Source: a bacterium (GTDB lineage: Bacteria > JAHJDO01). From it: a stretch of DNA of 64,000 nt. Numbering within the stretch: position 1 is the stretch's first letter; each line of letters begins with the position of its first letter. This document shows positions 38,143 to 46,869 of the stretch, one piece after another. The stretch lies in contig JAHJDO010000042.1 in assembly GCA_018812485.1 (NCBI GenBank), forward strand, positions 9,512 to 73,511, given 5' to 3'. Both the position numbers and the translations under genes were made by a program. The notes beneath the pieces were generated by a model. It saw nothing but the letters and a program-made list of their open reading frames with translations. It made no database searches and was not told where the DNA came from.

Positions 38143-38948
38143 TAGATAAACTACGAAATAAGACTGTGCTGATTACTGGCGCATCGAAGGGAATTGGTAG
38201 GGCTATAGCCCTACTATTCAGCGGTTACAATATGAAAATTGGTTTGATAGCTCGTTCTGAAGATAAACTTAAAGAGGTATCCAATTGTGTGAATTCAGCT
38301 GGTGGCGAAGCTTTGATATTAAATACAGATTTGAGGGATCGAAAAGCCATAGAAGATGCAGTGCTTGAATTTAAAAATAAATTTGGTGAACCTGATTTTT
38401 TAATTAATAATGCAGGAATAGCTGCTCGTGGTTTTTGGCAGGATATTTCGCTTGATTCAGAGCTTGATGTAATGAACGTTAATTACACAGCAGCTGTTAT
38501 TCTTATGCGCCTTCTGTTGCCTGGTATGATGCAAGCCGACAGTGGGCATATAATAAATATTAGTGCGATTGCAGGAATATATACTGCTCCATATCAGGGA
38601 GCATATTGTGCAAGCAAGGCAGCTCTCCTGGCTTATTCAGTAAGTCTTGGTTATGAGTTAGAGAAGACAAATGTAAAGATTTCCTCAATATTATTTCCAG
38701 GTCCAGTCGATACTGATTTTTTGAAAAGCCCAAATTTTGAAAGTTTTAGAAAATTTAAAGATATAATATCTCCAGACCTTATAGCTCAGAGCGTTCTGTC
38801 AGTAATTGAGAATCCAAAAGAAATGGTTTTCGTAGGGCCACTATGGAAATTAATTGCAGCAAAGATTGCAAGTTTAAAGCCCGAATTCTTCAGGAAAATA
38901 ATTGAAAAAAAGAATACGCCTCCAGAATCTCTTGATGTTTTTAAGTAA
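38124..38948 (+). CDS. Short-chain dehydrogenase/reductase (classical SDR)
   Basis: VLITGASKGIGRAIA is the TGxxxGxG motif. NNAG is present, and the catalytic tetrad has Y at YCASKAA (YxxxK). Confidence 0.75.
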   Translation: MSGGVLIDKLRNKTVLITGASKGIGRAIALLFSGYNMKIGLIARSEDKLKEVSNCVNSAGGEALILNTDLRDRKAIEDAVLEFKNKFGEPDFLINNAGIAARGFWQDISLDSELDVMNVNYTAAVILMRLLLPGMMQADSGHIINISAIAGIYTAPYQGAYCASKAALLAYSVSLGYELEKTNVKISSILFPGPVDTDFLKSPNFESFRKFKDIISPDLIAQSVLSVIENPKEMVFVGPLWKLIAAKIASLKPEFFRKIIEKKNTPPESLDVFK

Positions 38949-38953
38949 ATATT

Positions 38954-40015
38954 ATGTTTGAAATTATTCTAGGATATATAGATTTTTTGTCTCTAAGAAA
39001 ACTTGGAGTGCTACCCAGAGCTGTGCGGGGCGTGTTCGATAGAGCTGTTCTTAAAAAGCCCCATTTAAGAGTAGCAGAGATTGCTACAACATTCATGTGT
39101 AATTCCAATTGTATAATGTGCTCTTGCGCAAAATTCTACAATTGCGAAAAAGAGAAAAACCGAATGAGTGTTTCTGAATATAAATCTCTTGGCAGGGAGC
39201 TTGACAAACTCGGATGTATTTCTGTAAATGTCACTGGAGGAGAACCGCTCATTCGTAAAGATATTGACGATGTAATTATCGCATTAAAGCCAAAAAATAA
39301 AATTGTTAATTTAATAACCAATGGAATTAATTTAACTCGTGAGAAAATAAAATATTATTCATCCATTGGTATTGACAGTATTGTTGTTAGTCTGGAAAGC
39401 ATTTCTGCAGAGGAGAATGATAAAATTCGTGGGCATGAGGGTCATTTTCAGGTAGTTATGAATGCAATTCAGTGGGCTAAGGAAGAAAAAGTCAAGTTTG
39501 GTATTAGTCTTACACTTGGAGATTTTAATTTTAAAAAAGTCTATGAACTGATTCAGTTTGCGCAAAGCAAATCGATTTTTCTTTGTATTGCCCATTGCGG
39601 TAGTATCGGAAAATGGGCAGGCAATGATTCAATGTTTCTATCTGGAAAAAACGCAATAAAAGTAATCAGCTTAATCAAAAAACATGGTAAGATTAAAATA
39701 GACTTCAGCGCAAATCTCAGCTTAAAGCCGGGCTGTCCGGCTTTTATTGAGAAGATATATATTACGCCGTATGGTGATGTACTGCCATGTACCTTTAATC
39801 CTATCTCGTTTGGTAATCTTCGCGAAGAATCTCTATCAATCATCTGGAACCGCATGTTAAAATTTTATAACGAAAATGTGCATAGTAAAACATTATGCTT
39901 GCGAAGTTATGATAAGGAATTTATTGGGAAATTCCTTAATCCTATAAAAAACATGAAACAGCCTGTACGGATAGATGAACATCCATATTTCAAAACACAT
40001 GGAAGTTTAAAATAG
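38954..40015 (+). CDS. Radical SAM/SPASM-domain protein
   Basis: The cluster motif is ATTFMCNSNCIMCSC followed by TGGEPLI. The C-terminal Cys pairs are CPAFIEKIYITPYGDVLPC and CLRSY. Confidence 0.7.
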   Translation: MFEIILGYIDFLSLRKLGVLPRAVRGVFDRAVLKKPHLRVAEIATTFMCNSNCIMCSCAKFYNCEKEKNRMSVSEYKSLGRELDKLGCISVNVTGGEPLIRKDIDDVIIALKPKNKIVNLITNGINLTREKIKYYSSIGIDSIVVSLESISAEENDKIRGHEGHFQVVMNAIQWAKEEKVKFGISLTLGDFNFKKVYELIQFAQSKSIFLCIAHCGSIGKWAGNDSMFLSGKNAIKVISLIKKHGKIKIDFSANLSLKPGCPAFIEKIYITPYGDVLPCTFNPISFGNLREESLSIIWNRMLKFYNENVHSKTLCLRSYDKEFIGKFLNPIKNMKQPVRIDEHPYFKTHGSLK

Positions 40016-40016
40016 G

Positions 40017-40832
40017 ATGAGTATGACGAAAACCCTGAATTTTCTTAGAGATAGAATAAAGACTGTGCCGGAAATCCTTATAATATTGGGATCCGGTTTT
40101 GCGAAAGTAGCAGATAAGATGAAAATAAGAGTCGAAATACCTTATCAGGATATACCTCATTTCAAGAAGACAAGTGCACCTACTCATAGCGGTAATCTTA
40201 TAGCCGGGAAAATAAACGGCAGGGATGTATTAGTGATGCAGGGCAGGTATCATGTTTACGAAGGTTATGAAATTAGTTTTACTACTTATCCCGTGCGCGT
40301 GGCAGCCGAATTAGGAGTAAAAAAATTAATAACCACTAACTTATCCGGCGGTATTAACGAGAATTTTAACATAGGTGATTTTATGCTTGTCAAAGATCAC
40401 CTAAATGTATCCGGTGTCAACCCTTTGATTTGGGATTCAGGGAGAACATCCGGTCAATTTACAGATATGTATGAAGCATATTCTTCGCATTTAATCAGGC
40501 TGTTAGAAAGGTCCGCTTCTGAATTGGGTATTACCTTGCATAAGGGAGTATTGGCCTATCTAACTGGTCCTAATTTTGAAACCCGATCTGAATTAAAAAT
40601 GTTAAAACTTCTGGGTGCAGATGCTGTTGGTTGGTCTCTGGTGCCGGAAGTTCTGGAAGCTCGCAGATATGGCATGGACGTTTTAGGTATCGTTTGCATC
40701 AGTGACCTTTCCAATCCGGATAGCTTCAACCCTGTTAATTTAGAAGAGATATATCAAATCGGAAAAGAAAAAGCTGACACACTATTTCTCTTACTGGCGA
40801 GTTTTATGTCTAAATTGCAGAATGGAGCTTAA
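40017..40832 (+). CDS. Phosphorylase of the purine nucleoside phosphorylase / 5'-methylthioadenosine phosphorylase family (PNP/MTAP family 2)
   Basis: ILGSGFAKVADKM, HSGNLIAGKINGRDVLVMQGRYHVYEGY and GPNFETRSELKMLKLLGADAVGWSLVPEV match conserved blocks of trimeric PNP/MTAP. Confidence 0.7.
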   Translation: MSMTKTLNFLRDRIKTVPEILIILGSGFAKVADKMKIRVEIPYQDIPHFKKTSAPTHSGNLIAGKINGRDVLVMQGRYHVYEGYEISFTTYPVRVAAELGVKKLITTNLSGGINENFNIGDFMLVKDHLNVSGVNPLIWDSGRTSGQFTDMYEAYSSHLIRLLERSASELGITLHKGVLAYLTGPNFETRSELKMLKLLGADAVGWSLVPEVLEARRYGMDVLGIVCISDLSNPDSFNPVNLEEIYQIGKEKADTLFLLLASFMSKLQNGA

Positions 40833-40840
40833 TTGGCTGG

Positions 40841-41521
40841 ATGAAAAAACTAATTAAAATAAGACGATATAAAAATGAAAAGCATTACGAAGTAAATATA
40901 GATGGATTAAAGCGATTATGTCCATTATATAAAGTTGCTCCTGAGACCTGGATTGTTGGAAATGAGCATATCTCTTTCGGCACAGATATAGAGTTTACTC
41001 AAAAAATTGGGAGAAAGCTGGCAGAAAAAATATCTAAGTTTAAAGCAGATTGTATTTTAACAGCAGAAGCTAAATCTCTGGGCGCAGCTTATGAAGTTGC
41101 TAGAAATTTGGGTCACAAAAATTTTGCCATCGCCAGGAAAAGCATCAAGCCGTATGACAAGAATTACATTTCCACGGAAATAAAATCAATAACATCCGCA
41201 AAAAAAGAGCTTCTGTACTTAGATGATTTCAACATTGCCCGCATTAGAGGTAAAAAGATAGTGCTATTTGATGACGTTATCTCCACATGCAGTACCATGC
41301 TCGGACTTATAGAACTGGCAAAAAAGGCAGGGGCAGAAGTTTGCGCTATGGCAGCAATCTGGCTGGAAGGCTCTTTGGTCTTTGAACAGTTCATAGAGGA
41401 ATTTAAAGCGGGGCGGTTAATACATATAGATATTCTTCCTATTTTTACCATTGGTAAAACCTATGACAAATTACGCAATAAAAATATTTCTATTGAAAGG
41501 CTTTTAGAGCGTCGGAGATAA
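40841..41521 (+). CDS. Type I phosphoribosyltransferase-domain protein, possibly an adenine/purine PRTase
   Basis: The PRPP-binding motif is KIVLFDDVISTCSTMLGLIELAKKAGAEV (hydrophobic-DD-hydrophobic...T). The gene sits immediately after the PNP/MTAP-like gene. Confidence 0.45.
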   Translation: MKKLIKIRRYKNEKHYEVNIDGLKRLCPLYKVAPETWIVGNEHISFGTDIEFTQKIGRKLAEKISKFKADCILTAEAKSLGAAYEVARNLGHKNFAIARKSIKPYDKNYISTEIKSITSAKKELLYLDDFNIARIRGKKIVLFDDVISTCSTMLGLIELAKKAGAEVCAMAAIWLEGSLVFEQFIEEFKAGRLIHIDILPIFTIGKTYDKLRNKNISIERLLERRR

Positions 41522-41523
41522 CA

Positions 41524-42468
41524 ATGAAAGGAAAATACCCTGGAGCTTATAATTTTCTGAAAACTATTGGAGTAAGAAAAGAAGAAAGCGTTCTTATACT
41601 GACGGACGAGCTTGCGGAGAGTGATGCAATCCAGGTAATAAGAAGGGTATTTTATGATAAATGTTCAAAAGTCAATGTAGAAACTCTACCCCTGGAACTT
41701 CAACATGATTTTCCCGAGAACGTTTGTCAGCTAATCGAAGATTTTGATGTAATAATTCTGGCAGCCAGCCAGTCCTGGTACCAGGTTCCAGCGAGAAGAA
41801 AGGCCAAGTACCGGAGCAAAAAACGGGTAGTGGAATGTTATAATTTGACATTGGAAATGATGAAGGAAGGTGCGTTATGTGCTAATTATGAAGACATCAG
41901 GCTTTTTACAGCGGATTATAAGAAAAGCTTTAAGCTCGGAGCTTCTTTGACCATAAAAACAGACCAAGGTACGAATCTTTCAGCAGTAATTAGAGATGTA
42001 TTTGATGAGACTGGGTGTTATGATAAGCCCGGGTCTGGCGGGAATTTACCGGCAGGCGAAATTTCTTTAGGAGTAACAGAAGGCGAGACCTATGGAGAAA
42101 TAGTTTTCGATATTAGCTTTGATGTACTTGGCAGATTAGAGAAAAAACCGCTAAAAGTTTTCGTAGATAAAGGCCGGGTAGTGAAAGTTGAGGGCAAGTC
42201 TAGAGAAAATTTCGAGAAATTATTTGAAAATGATGAGTACTTGCGTAATGTTGCAGAAGTAGGAATTGGTACTAATAGTTATGCTATTATAGGGCGGTCA
42301 GTGCTGGAAGATGAGAAAAAAACAGGGACAGCTCATATCGGTTTTGGAAATGACACATATTTTGGCGGTAATGTAGAAGGCTGTCATTTAGATGGAGTTT
42401 TCTTATCGCCAAAAATTACTGTAGATGGCAAAGATGTAATCGGAGATTTAGTGAGCAATAAAAGATGA
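41524..42468 (+). CDS. M29 (AmpS/PepS)-like aminopeptidase-fold protein, or hypothetical protein
   Basis: GNLPAGEISLGV and TAHIGFGND resemble the conserved GN(I/L)PSGE and HiAxG blocks of family M29. At 314 aa it is shorter than typical members. Confidence 0.35.
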   Translation: MKGKYPGAYNFLKTIGVRKEESVLILTDELAESDAIQVIRRVFYDKCSKVNVETLPLELQHDFPENVCQLIEDFDVIILAASQSWYQVPARRKAKYRSKKRVVECYNLTLEMMKEGALCANYEDIRLFTADYKKSFKLGASLTIKTDQGTNLSAVIRDVFDETGCYDKPGSGGNLPAGEISLGVTEGETYGEIVFDISFDVLGRLEKKPLKVFVDKGRVVKVEGKSRENFEKLFENDEYLRNVAEVGIGTNSYAIIGRSVLEDEKKTGTAHIGFGNDTYFGGNVEGCHLDGVFLSPKITVDGKDVIGDLVSNKR

Positions 42469-43517
42469 TAGGGAAAATACGCAGGTTTTTATCTCCTGCT
42501 GCAAAAGAGAAGATTTTAAATTCTCTGCCATATAAATTTTTAACTCGTATTCGATTGCATAGGCACGAGATACGATTTAGCTGCGAGTTGACAACCAGAT
42601 GTAATGCTAAGTGTGATATCTGTACTCGGGACTCTCTTATTAAAAAGGGGCAGCTATATGTTGGCGATATGGGAAAAGATCTTATCAAACGTGTTATGGA
42701 GGAGATTAAGAAATTTCATAATGATGGAAGACGTATTTATTTTGTGCCTATGGGTTTAGGTGAACCGCTTTTATATAAGGGCTTATTTGACTTGTTTCAG
42801 GACATTAAATATATTTCAAAAAAAATTGGCATCGTACTTGTGACTAATGGACTTTCACTTGATGACCGTTGTTGTAAAGAACTTATTTCCTTGGGAATTG
42901 ATGAAGTTACTGTCAGTTTAAATGCTATCAACGCTTCAAGTTATCAACAACATATGGGTGTGGATGGGTATGATAAAGTTTGTCATAATATTGAAAATTT
43001 AATAAATTTGCGTAACAAAAGTGGCAAAAAACTGCCGAATGTCTTCGTTCAATATATTGACTATGACAATAATCAAAAATTATTTCAAAAAGCTGTCAAG
43101 AGATGGTCGAACATAATGCGATACAACGACAAGTGTTATGTTCACCCTATTATGAATCAGGCTAATTTCTTTTTAGGCGAATGTACGTCCAAATATTCAG
43201 ATGTGAGATATCCCTGCACTCAACCTCTATGGAGAATCGCAATAAAAGTTAATGGAGATATTTATCCATGTGATCCTAGTTTTTATTCCGGGAACCAAAA
43301 AATAACTTTTCTTTATCTGGGCAATATCATAAATAAAAGCCCCTTTGATATATTGATGAACAAAAAGAGCAAGCCATTTAAGATATTGGAAAGTATGCGA
43401 AAAGATGATTACTCACAAATTCCCGAATGTGCGAAGTGCAACACTTATAAATTAGAATGCAATTCTTATTTTGAACTTCCCAGGCCATTGAGGACTAAGG
43501 AATGTAAATGGCTATGA
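42465..43517 (+). CDS. Radical SAM/SPASM-domain protein
   Basis: The cluster motif is LTTRCNAKCDICTRD followed by GLGEPLL. The C-terminal region is CTQPLWRIAIKVNGDIYPCDP...CAKCNTYKLEC. Confidence 0.7.
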   Translation: MIGKIRRFLSPAAKEKILNSLPYKFLTRIRLHRHEIRFSCELTTRCNAKCDICTRDSLIKKGQLYVGDMGKDLIKRVMEEIKKFHNDGRRIYFVPMGLGEPLLYKGLFDLFQDIKYISKKIGIVLVTNGLSLDDRCCKELISLGIDEVTVSLNAINASSYQQHMGVDGYDKVCHNIENLINLRNKSGKKLPNVFVQYIDYDNNQKLFQKAVKRWSNIMRYNDKCYVHPIMNQANFFLGECTSKYSDVRYPCTQPLWRIAIKVNGDIYPCDPSFYSGNQKITFLYLGNIINKSPFDILMNKKSKPFKILESMRKDDYSQIPECAKCNTYKLECNSYFELPRPLRTKECKWL

Positions 43518-44473
43518 ATAAAAAAACTGTTTTTGTTACTGGTGGAACAGGAAAGATCGGGCACTCTTTAGTTGCTCGCTTAGCATCACTTGGTTTTTGT
43601 GTAAAAGTATTATCAAGAAGGCAAGATTATCCTTGGGATGGGATTGATAACATCCAAATTATTAAGGGAGATATTCTTGATGAAGAGACTGTTCGAAAAG
43701 GGCTTGAAGGATGTGATTATTTGTTCCATCTGGCTGTTTACCAGAATATTAACGATAAAAGAAAAGACATGTTTCGACGAATTAATGTTGAAGGAACAAA
43801 AACAATTTTAAATTCTTCAATAAATTCAGGTATTGAGAGGGTTGTATATGTTTCCACGGCGATGGCCTTTCAGGCAACAGGAAAGCTTGAAAGAGATGAG
43901 AAATGGATTCAAAAAATCTCCTGTACATGTGACAATTATCTTCAGACAAAGATAGAAGCATTAGCGCTCGTCCGTCAGATGAAGAAAGTTTTACCCGTTG
44001 TTATTGTTTATCCAACGGCAGTTATAGATTTAAAGGATTTTTCTTCCTCAGCGCCGGTTCAATCTACAGGATGGCAAAATTTTTTGTGGAGAAGGGTAGG
44101 CGGAGGAATTCCAGGAGGTTTGATTAGTCTCATTGGTTCTAAAGACAGAATTTTTAATTATGTCGTTGTTGATGATTTGGTTGAGGGCATAATTCAGGCG
44201 GCGATAGTTGGTCAAGCCGGGGAAGAATATATTTTAGGAGGAGAGAATATCACGGCAGAGAATTATTTGCGCGCTGCTTCTCAACGAGTGAGTAAAAAAG
44301 TGTTTGCTTTTCGAATTCCGATTTATCCTTTTAAAGTCATTTCTCGATTTCGGCGATTCGTATCAGTAACGCCGATTATTAACTTAATATCGCAGAATTC
44401 CCAAGGCGATATGTGCTTTTCTTCTGAGAAAGCCATGAAAATTTTGGGATATAATCCAAAGCTAAAACTTTAA
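43508..44473 (+). CDS. NAD-dependent epimerase/dehydratase of the extended SDR family
   Basis: The N-terminal Rossmann motif is VFVTGGTGKIGHSLVARL, and the YxxxK-like region is YLQTKIEA. Confidence 0.65.
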   Translation: MAMNKKTVFVTGGTGKIGHSLVARLASLGFCVKVLSRRQDYPWDGIDNIQIIKGDILDEETVRKGLEGCDYLFHLAVYQNINDKRKDMFRRINVEGTKTILNSSINSGIERVVYVSTAMAFQATGKLERDEKWIQKISCTCDNYLQTKIEALALVRQMKKVLPVVIVYPTAVIDLKDFSSSAPVQSTGWQNFLWRRVGGGIPGGLISLIGSKDRIFNYVVVDDLVEGIIQAAIVGQAGEEYILGGENITAENYLRAASQRVSKKVFAFRIPIYPFKVISRFRRFVSVTPIINLISQNSQGDMCFSSEKAMKILGYNPKLKL

Positions 44474-44477
44474 AACA

Positions 44478-46031
44478 ATGGCGGAAGTATTACTTTTTAA
44501 TCAGTATTTTACTTCAGATGCAAAATCTCCAGATAGGATATTGGCGACGCTGCCAATAAATCTATTATGTCTTGGCTCATATTTAAAAGACAAAGACATA
44601 AGTTGTAAAATATACGAATTAGGAATCTTTGATTTCGATAAAATTATTGTAAAAAATGACAGGATAAGATGCGGAATTAGCGATGAAGAAATAATATCTA
44701 TAATAAAAAATGAGGCTCCAAAGATAATAGGTCTGGGATGTGTGTATTCAAGGCATTATATTGATATCATATCAATAACCAGATTAATAAAAAAAATAGA
44801 TCCTTTTATAAAAGTTGTACTGGGCGGTAATCATGCTACTGCTTTTTACGATATGGTGTTAAAAGAACCAACCGTTGATTTTGTAGTAAGGGGCGAGGGA
44901 GAAATAACATTCCATGAATTATGCGATGAAATTCTTTCCAATAACAATGGGTTTAAAAATATAAGCGGACTTGCCTATAATTCCGATGGAAGTATTCTAA
45001 AGACCAAAGATAGAGAATTAATTAAAGATCTGGATGAGCTGCCTAATGATTATTCGCTTTTAGATGTCGAACAATACGCTAATGTTGCTTATACAACGCC
45101 ATTTTTGATGAGATATCCTGCTATTGGAATCATCTCCAGCCGTGGATGTCCTGGCAATTGTATATATTGTACAGTTAAAGCAGTTTGGGGGAGAACATGG
45201 AGAGCTAAAAGCGCAAAAAAGACAGTTGATGAGATGGAATTACTTTATAAGAATTACGGGGTCAAGGAAATTTTATTTTTAGACGATAGCGCCTCTATTG
45301 ATAAAAAAAGATGGAGCAGTATATGTGACGAAATTATAAATAGAAAATTGAATATAAGATGGACAACGCCTAACGGGATTGCGCATTGGACACTAGACAA
45401 ACCAATTTTAAAAAAAATGTATAAATCAGGTTGTTATCGAATTACCTTTGGTATTGAATCAGGTAATCCTGAAACAAGGAAATTTTTAGGTAAATCCTTT
45501 CCGCTTTCTCAAGCAAAGGAGATAATTGAGTACGCAAATAAAATAGGTATGTGGACGATCTGTACAAACATATTGGGGTTTCCATATGAAACGGGGAAAG
45601 CAATGGAGGATACTATAAAATTTGCGCAAAAGTCAGGAACAGATTTTGCAACATTTTATCTACTTGCTCCTTTAGTTACTTCTGATGTTTACAACTGTTT
45701 CAAAAAAGAAGGCTTACTTAATTTCGATCATATCTTTAAGGATAACGTCTTTGATGAAAAAAAATACGAGGAAATGAACAAGATAGTCAACGACGGAGGT
45801 ACGCCTACGAAGAATTTCAGCCCCGAAGAACTAAAACGGATCCAAGAAAAAGCTTATAGAAGATTTCTTATTTATCGCTTAATAACCTATATCGTTAAAC
45901 CAGCGCATTTATTGAGAAAAATACGGTCTGTAGAAAGTCTGATGTATACGATAAGACTTATATCATCGGGGTTAAAAATTTTCATAAAGACTTTTTATAA
46001 AAAAACAACCAAGGCGTTGTTATATGAATAA
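44478..46031 (+). CDS. B12-binding-domain radical SAM protein (class B-like)
   Basis: The N-terminal B12-like domain precedes SSRGCPGNCIYCTVK. At 517 aa it is the longest of the six. Confidence 0.75.
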   Translation: MAEVLLFNQYFTSDAKSPDRILATLPINLLCLGSYLKDKDISCKIYELGIFDFDKIIVKNDRIRCGISDEEIISIIKNEAPKIIGLGCVYSRHYIDIISITRLIKKIDPFIKVVLGGNHATAFYDMVLKEPTVDFVVRGEGEITFHELCDEILSNNNGFKNISGLAYNSDGSILKTKDRELIKDLDELPNDYSLLDVEQYANVAYTTPFLMRYPAIGIISSRGCPGNCIYCTVKAVWGRTWRAKSAKKTVDEMELLYKNYGVKEILFLDDSASIDKKRWSSICDEIINRKLNIRWTTPNGIAHWTLDKPILKKMYKSGCYRITFGIESGNPETRKFLGKSFPLSQAKEIIEYANKIGMWTICTNILGFPYETGKAMEDTIKFAQKSGTDFATFYLLAPLVTSDVYNCFKKEGLLNFDHIFKDNVFDEKKYEEMNKIVNDGGTPTKNFSPEELKRIQEKAYRRFLIYRLITYIVKPAHLLRKIRSVESLMYTIRLISSGLKIFIKTFYKKTTKALLYE

Positions 46032-46059
46032 GAATGTTAGCTTATAAGAAAGGGCTGAG

Positions 46060-46869
46060 ATGAATACAGGAGAAAGACCTATTTCAGATTCATTTGAATC
46101 ATTACCCTCGCTTATGAAAGAAACGTATAAACTTTGTATAGAATATGTCAAAAATAAAGACGTATTAGATATTGGCTGCGGTGAAGGTTATGTAGATCTG
46201 TATCTCAGTGATGTGGCTAAACATGTGGCTGGCATAGATGTTGATCAAGGAGTTGTAGACAAAGCAAATAAACTATTTTCCGAAAAAAATATGACTTTTT
46301 ATAGAATGTCAGGTGATGATTTAAAATTCCAATCTAATTCATTTGATGTTATTATATCGTCGCAGTCTATTGAGCATATGAAAAATGATGAAAAATTCTT
46401 AAGCGAGGTACATAGGCTATTGAAAAACAATGGGATTTTTATTTGTACAACACCTAATAAACTTGCAATGGTTCCTCCGGGTGAAAAGATATATAATGAT
46501 CCGTTTTATCCATTTCACGTTAGAGAATACATGCCCCATCAATTCTATGGTTTATTGAGCAAGTATTTCAGAGAAGTCAAAAAGGTCTGTTTTTATAATC
46601 CTGATCGAAGCCTAAAATTGATTAAAAATCCAAGAGCAAAATTTATTTATCGAATAAGCCGTTTTAGAATCGTTAGGTGGCTTGGCAGAAATTCACCGTT
46701 AAGCCTAAAAGAATTTATTTTGTTTTTTAGGCAGAAGGAGTTAAAACCAAAAGATATGGGAACAGCTGTTTGTGATTATAACGATAAGTTAGACCTAGTT
46801 CCAGAAGTTTTATGCGGTATATGTATAAAAATAGCCGAGAGGAATAAAAAGGGGAAAGATTCTGAATGA
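46060..46869 (+). CDS. Class I SAM-dependent methyltransferase
   Basis: Motif I is VLDIGCGEGYVDLYL, and DVIISSQSIEHM is a post-II motif. Confidence 0.65.
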   Translation: MNTGERPISDSFESLPSLMKETYKLCIEYVKNKDVLDIGCGEGYVDLYLSDVAKHVAGIDVDQGVVDKANKLFSEKNMTFYRMSGDDLKFQSNSFDVIISSQSIEHMKNDEKFLSEVHRLLKNNGIFICTTPNKLAMVPPGEKIYNDPFYPFHVREYMPHQFYGLLSKYFREVKKVCFYNPDRSLKLIKNPRAKFIYRISRFRIVRWLGRNSPLSLKEFILFFRQKELKPKDMGTAVCDYNDKLDLVPEVLCGICIKIAERNKKGKDSE

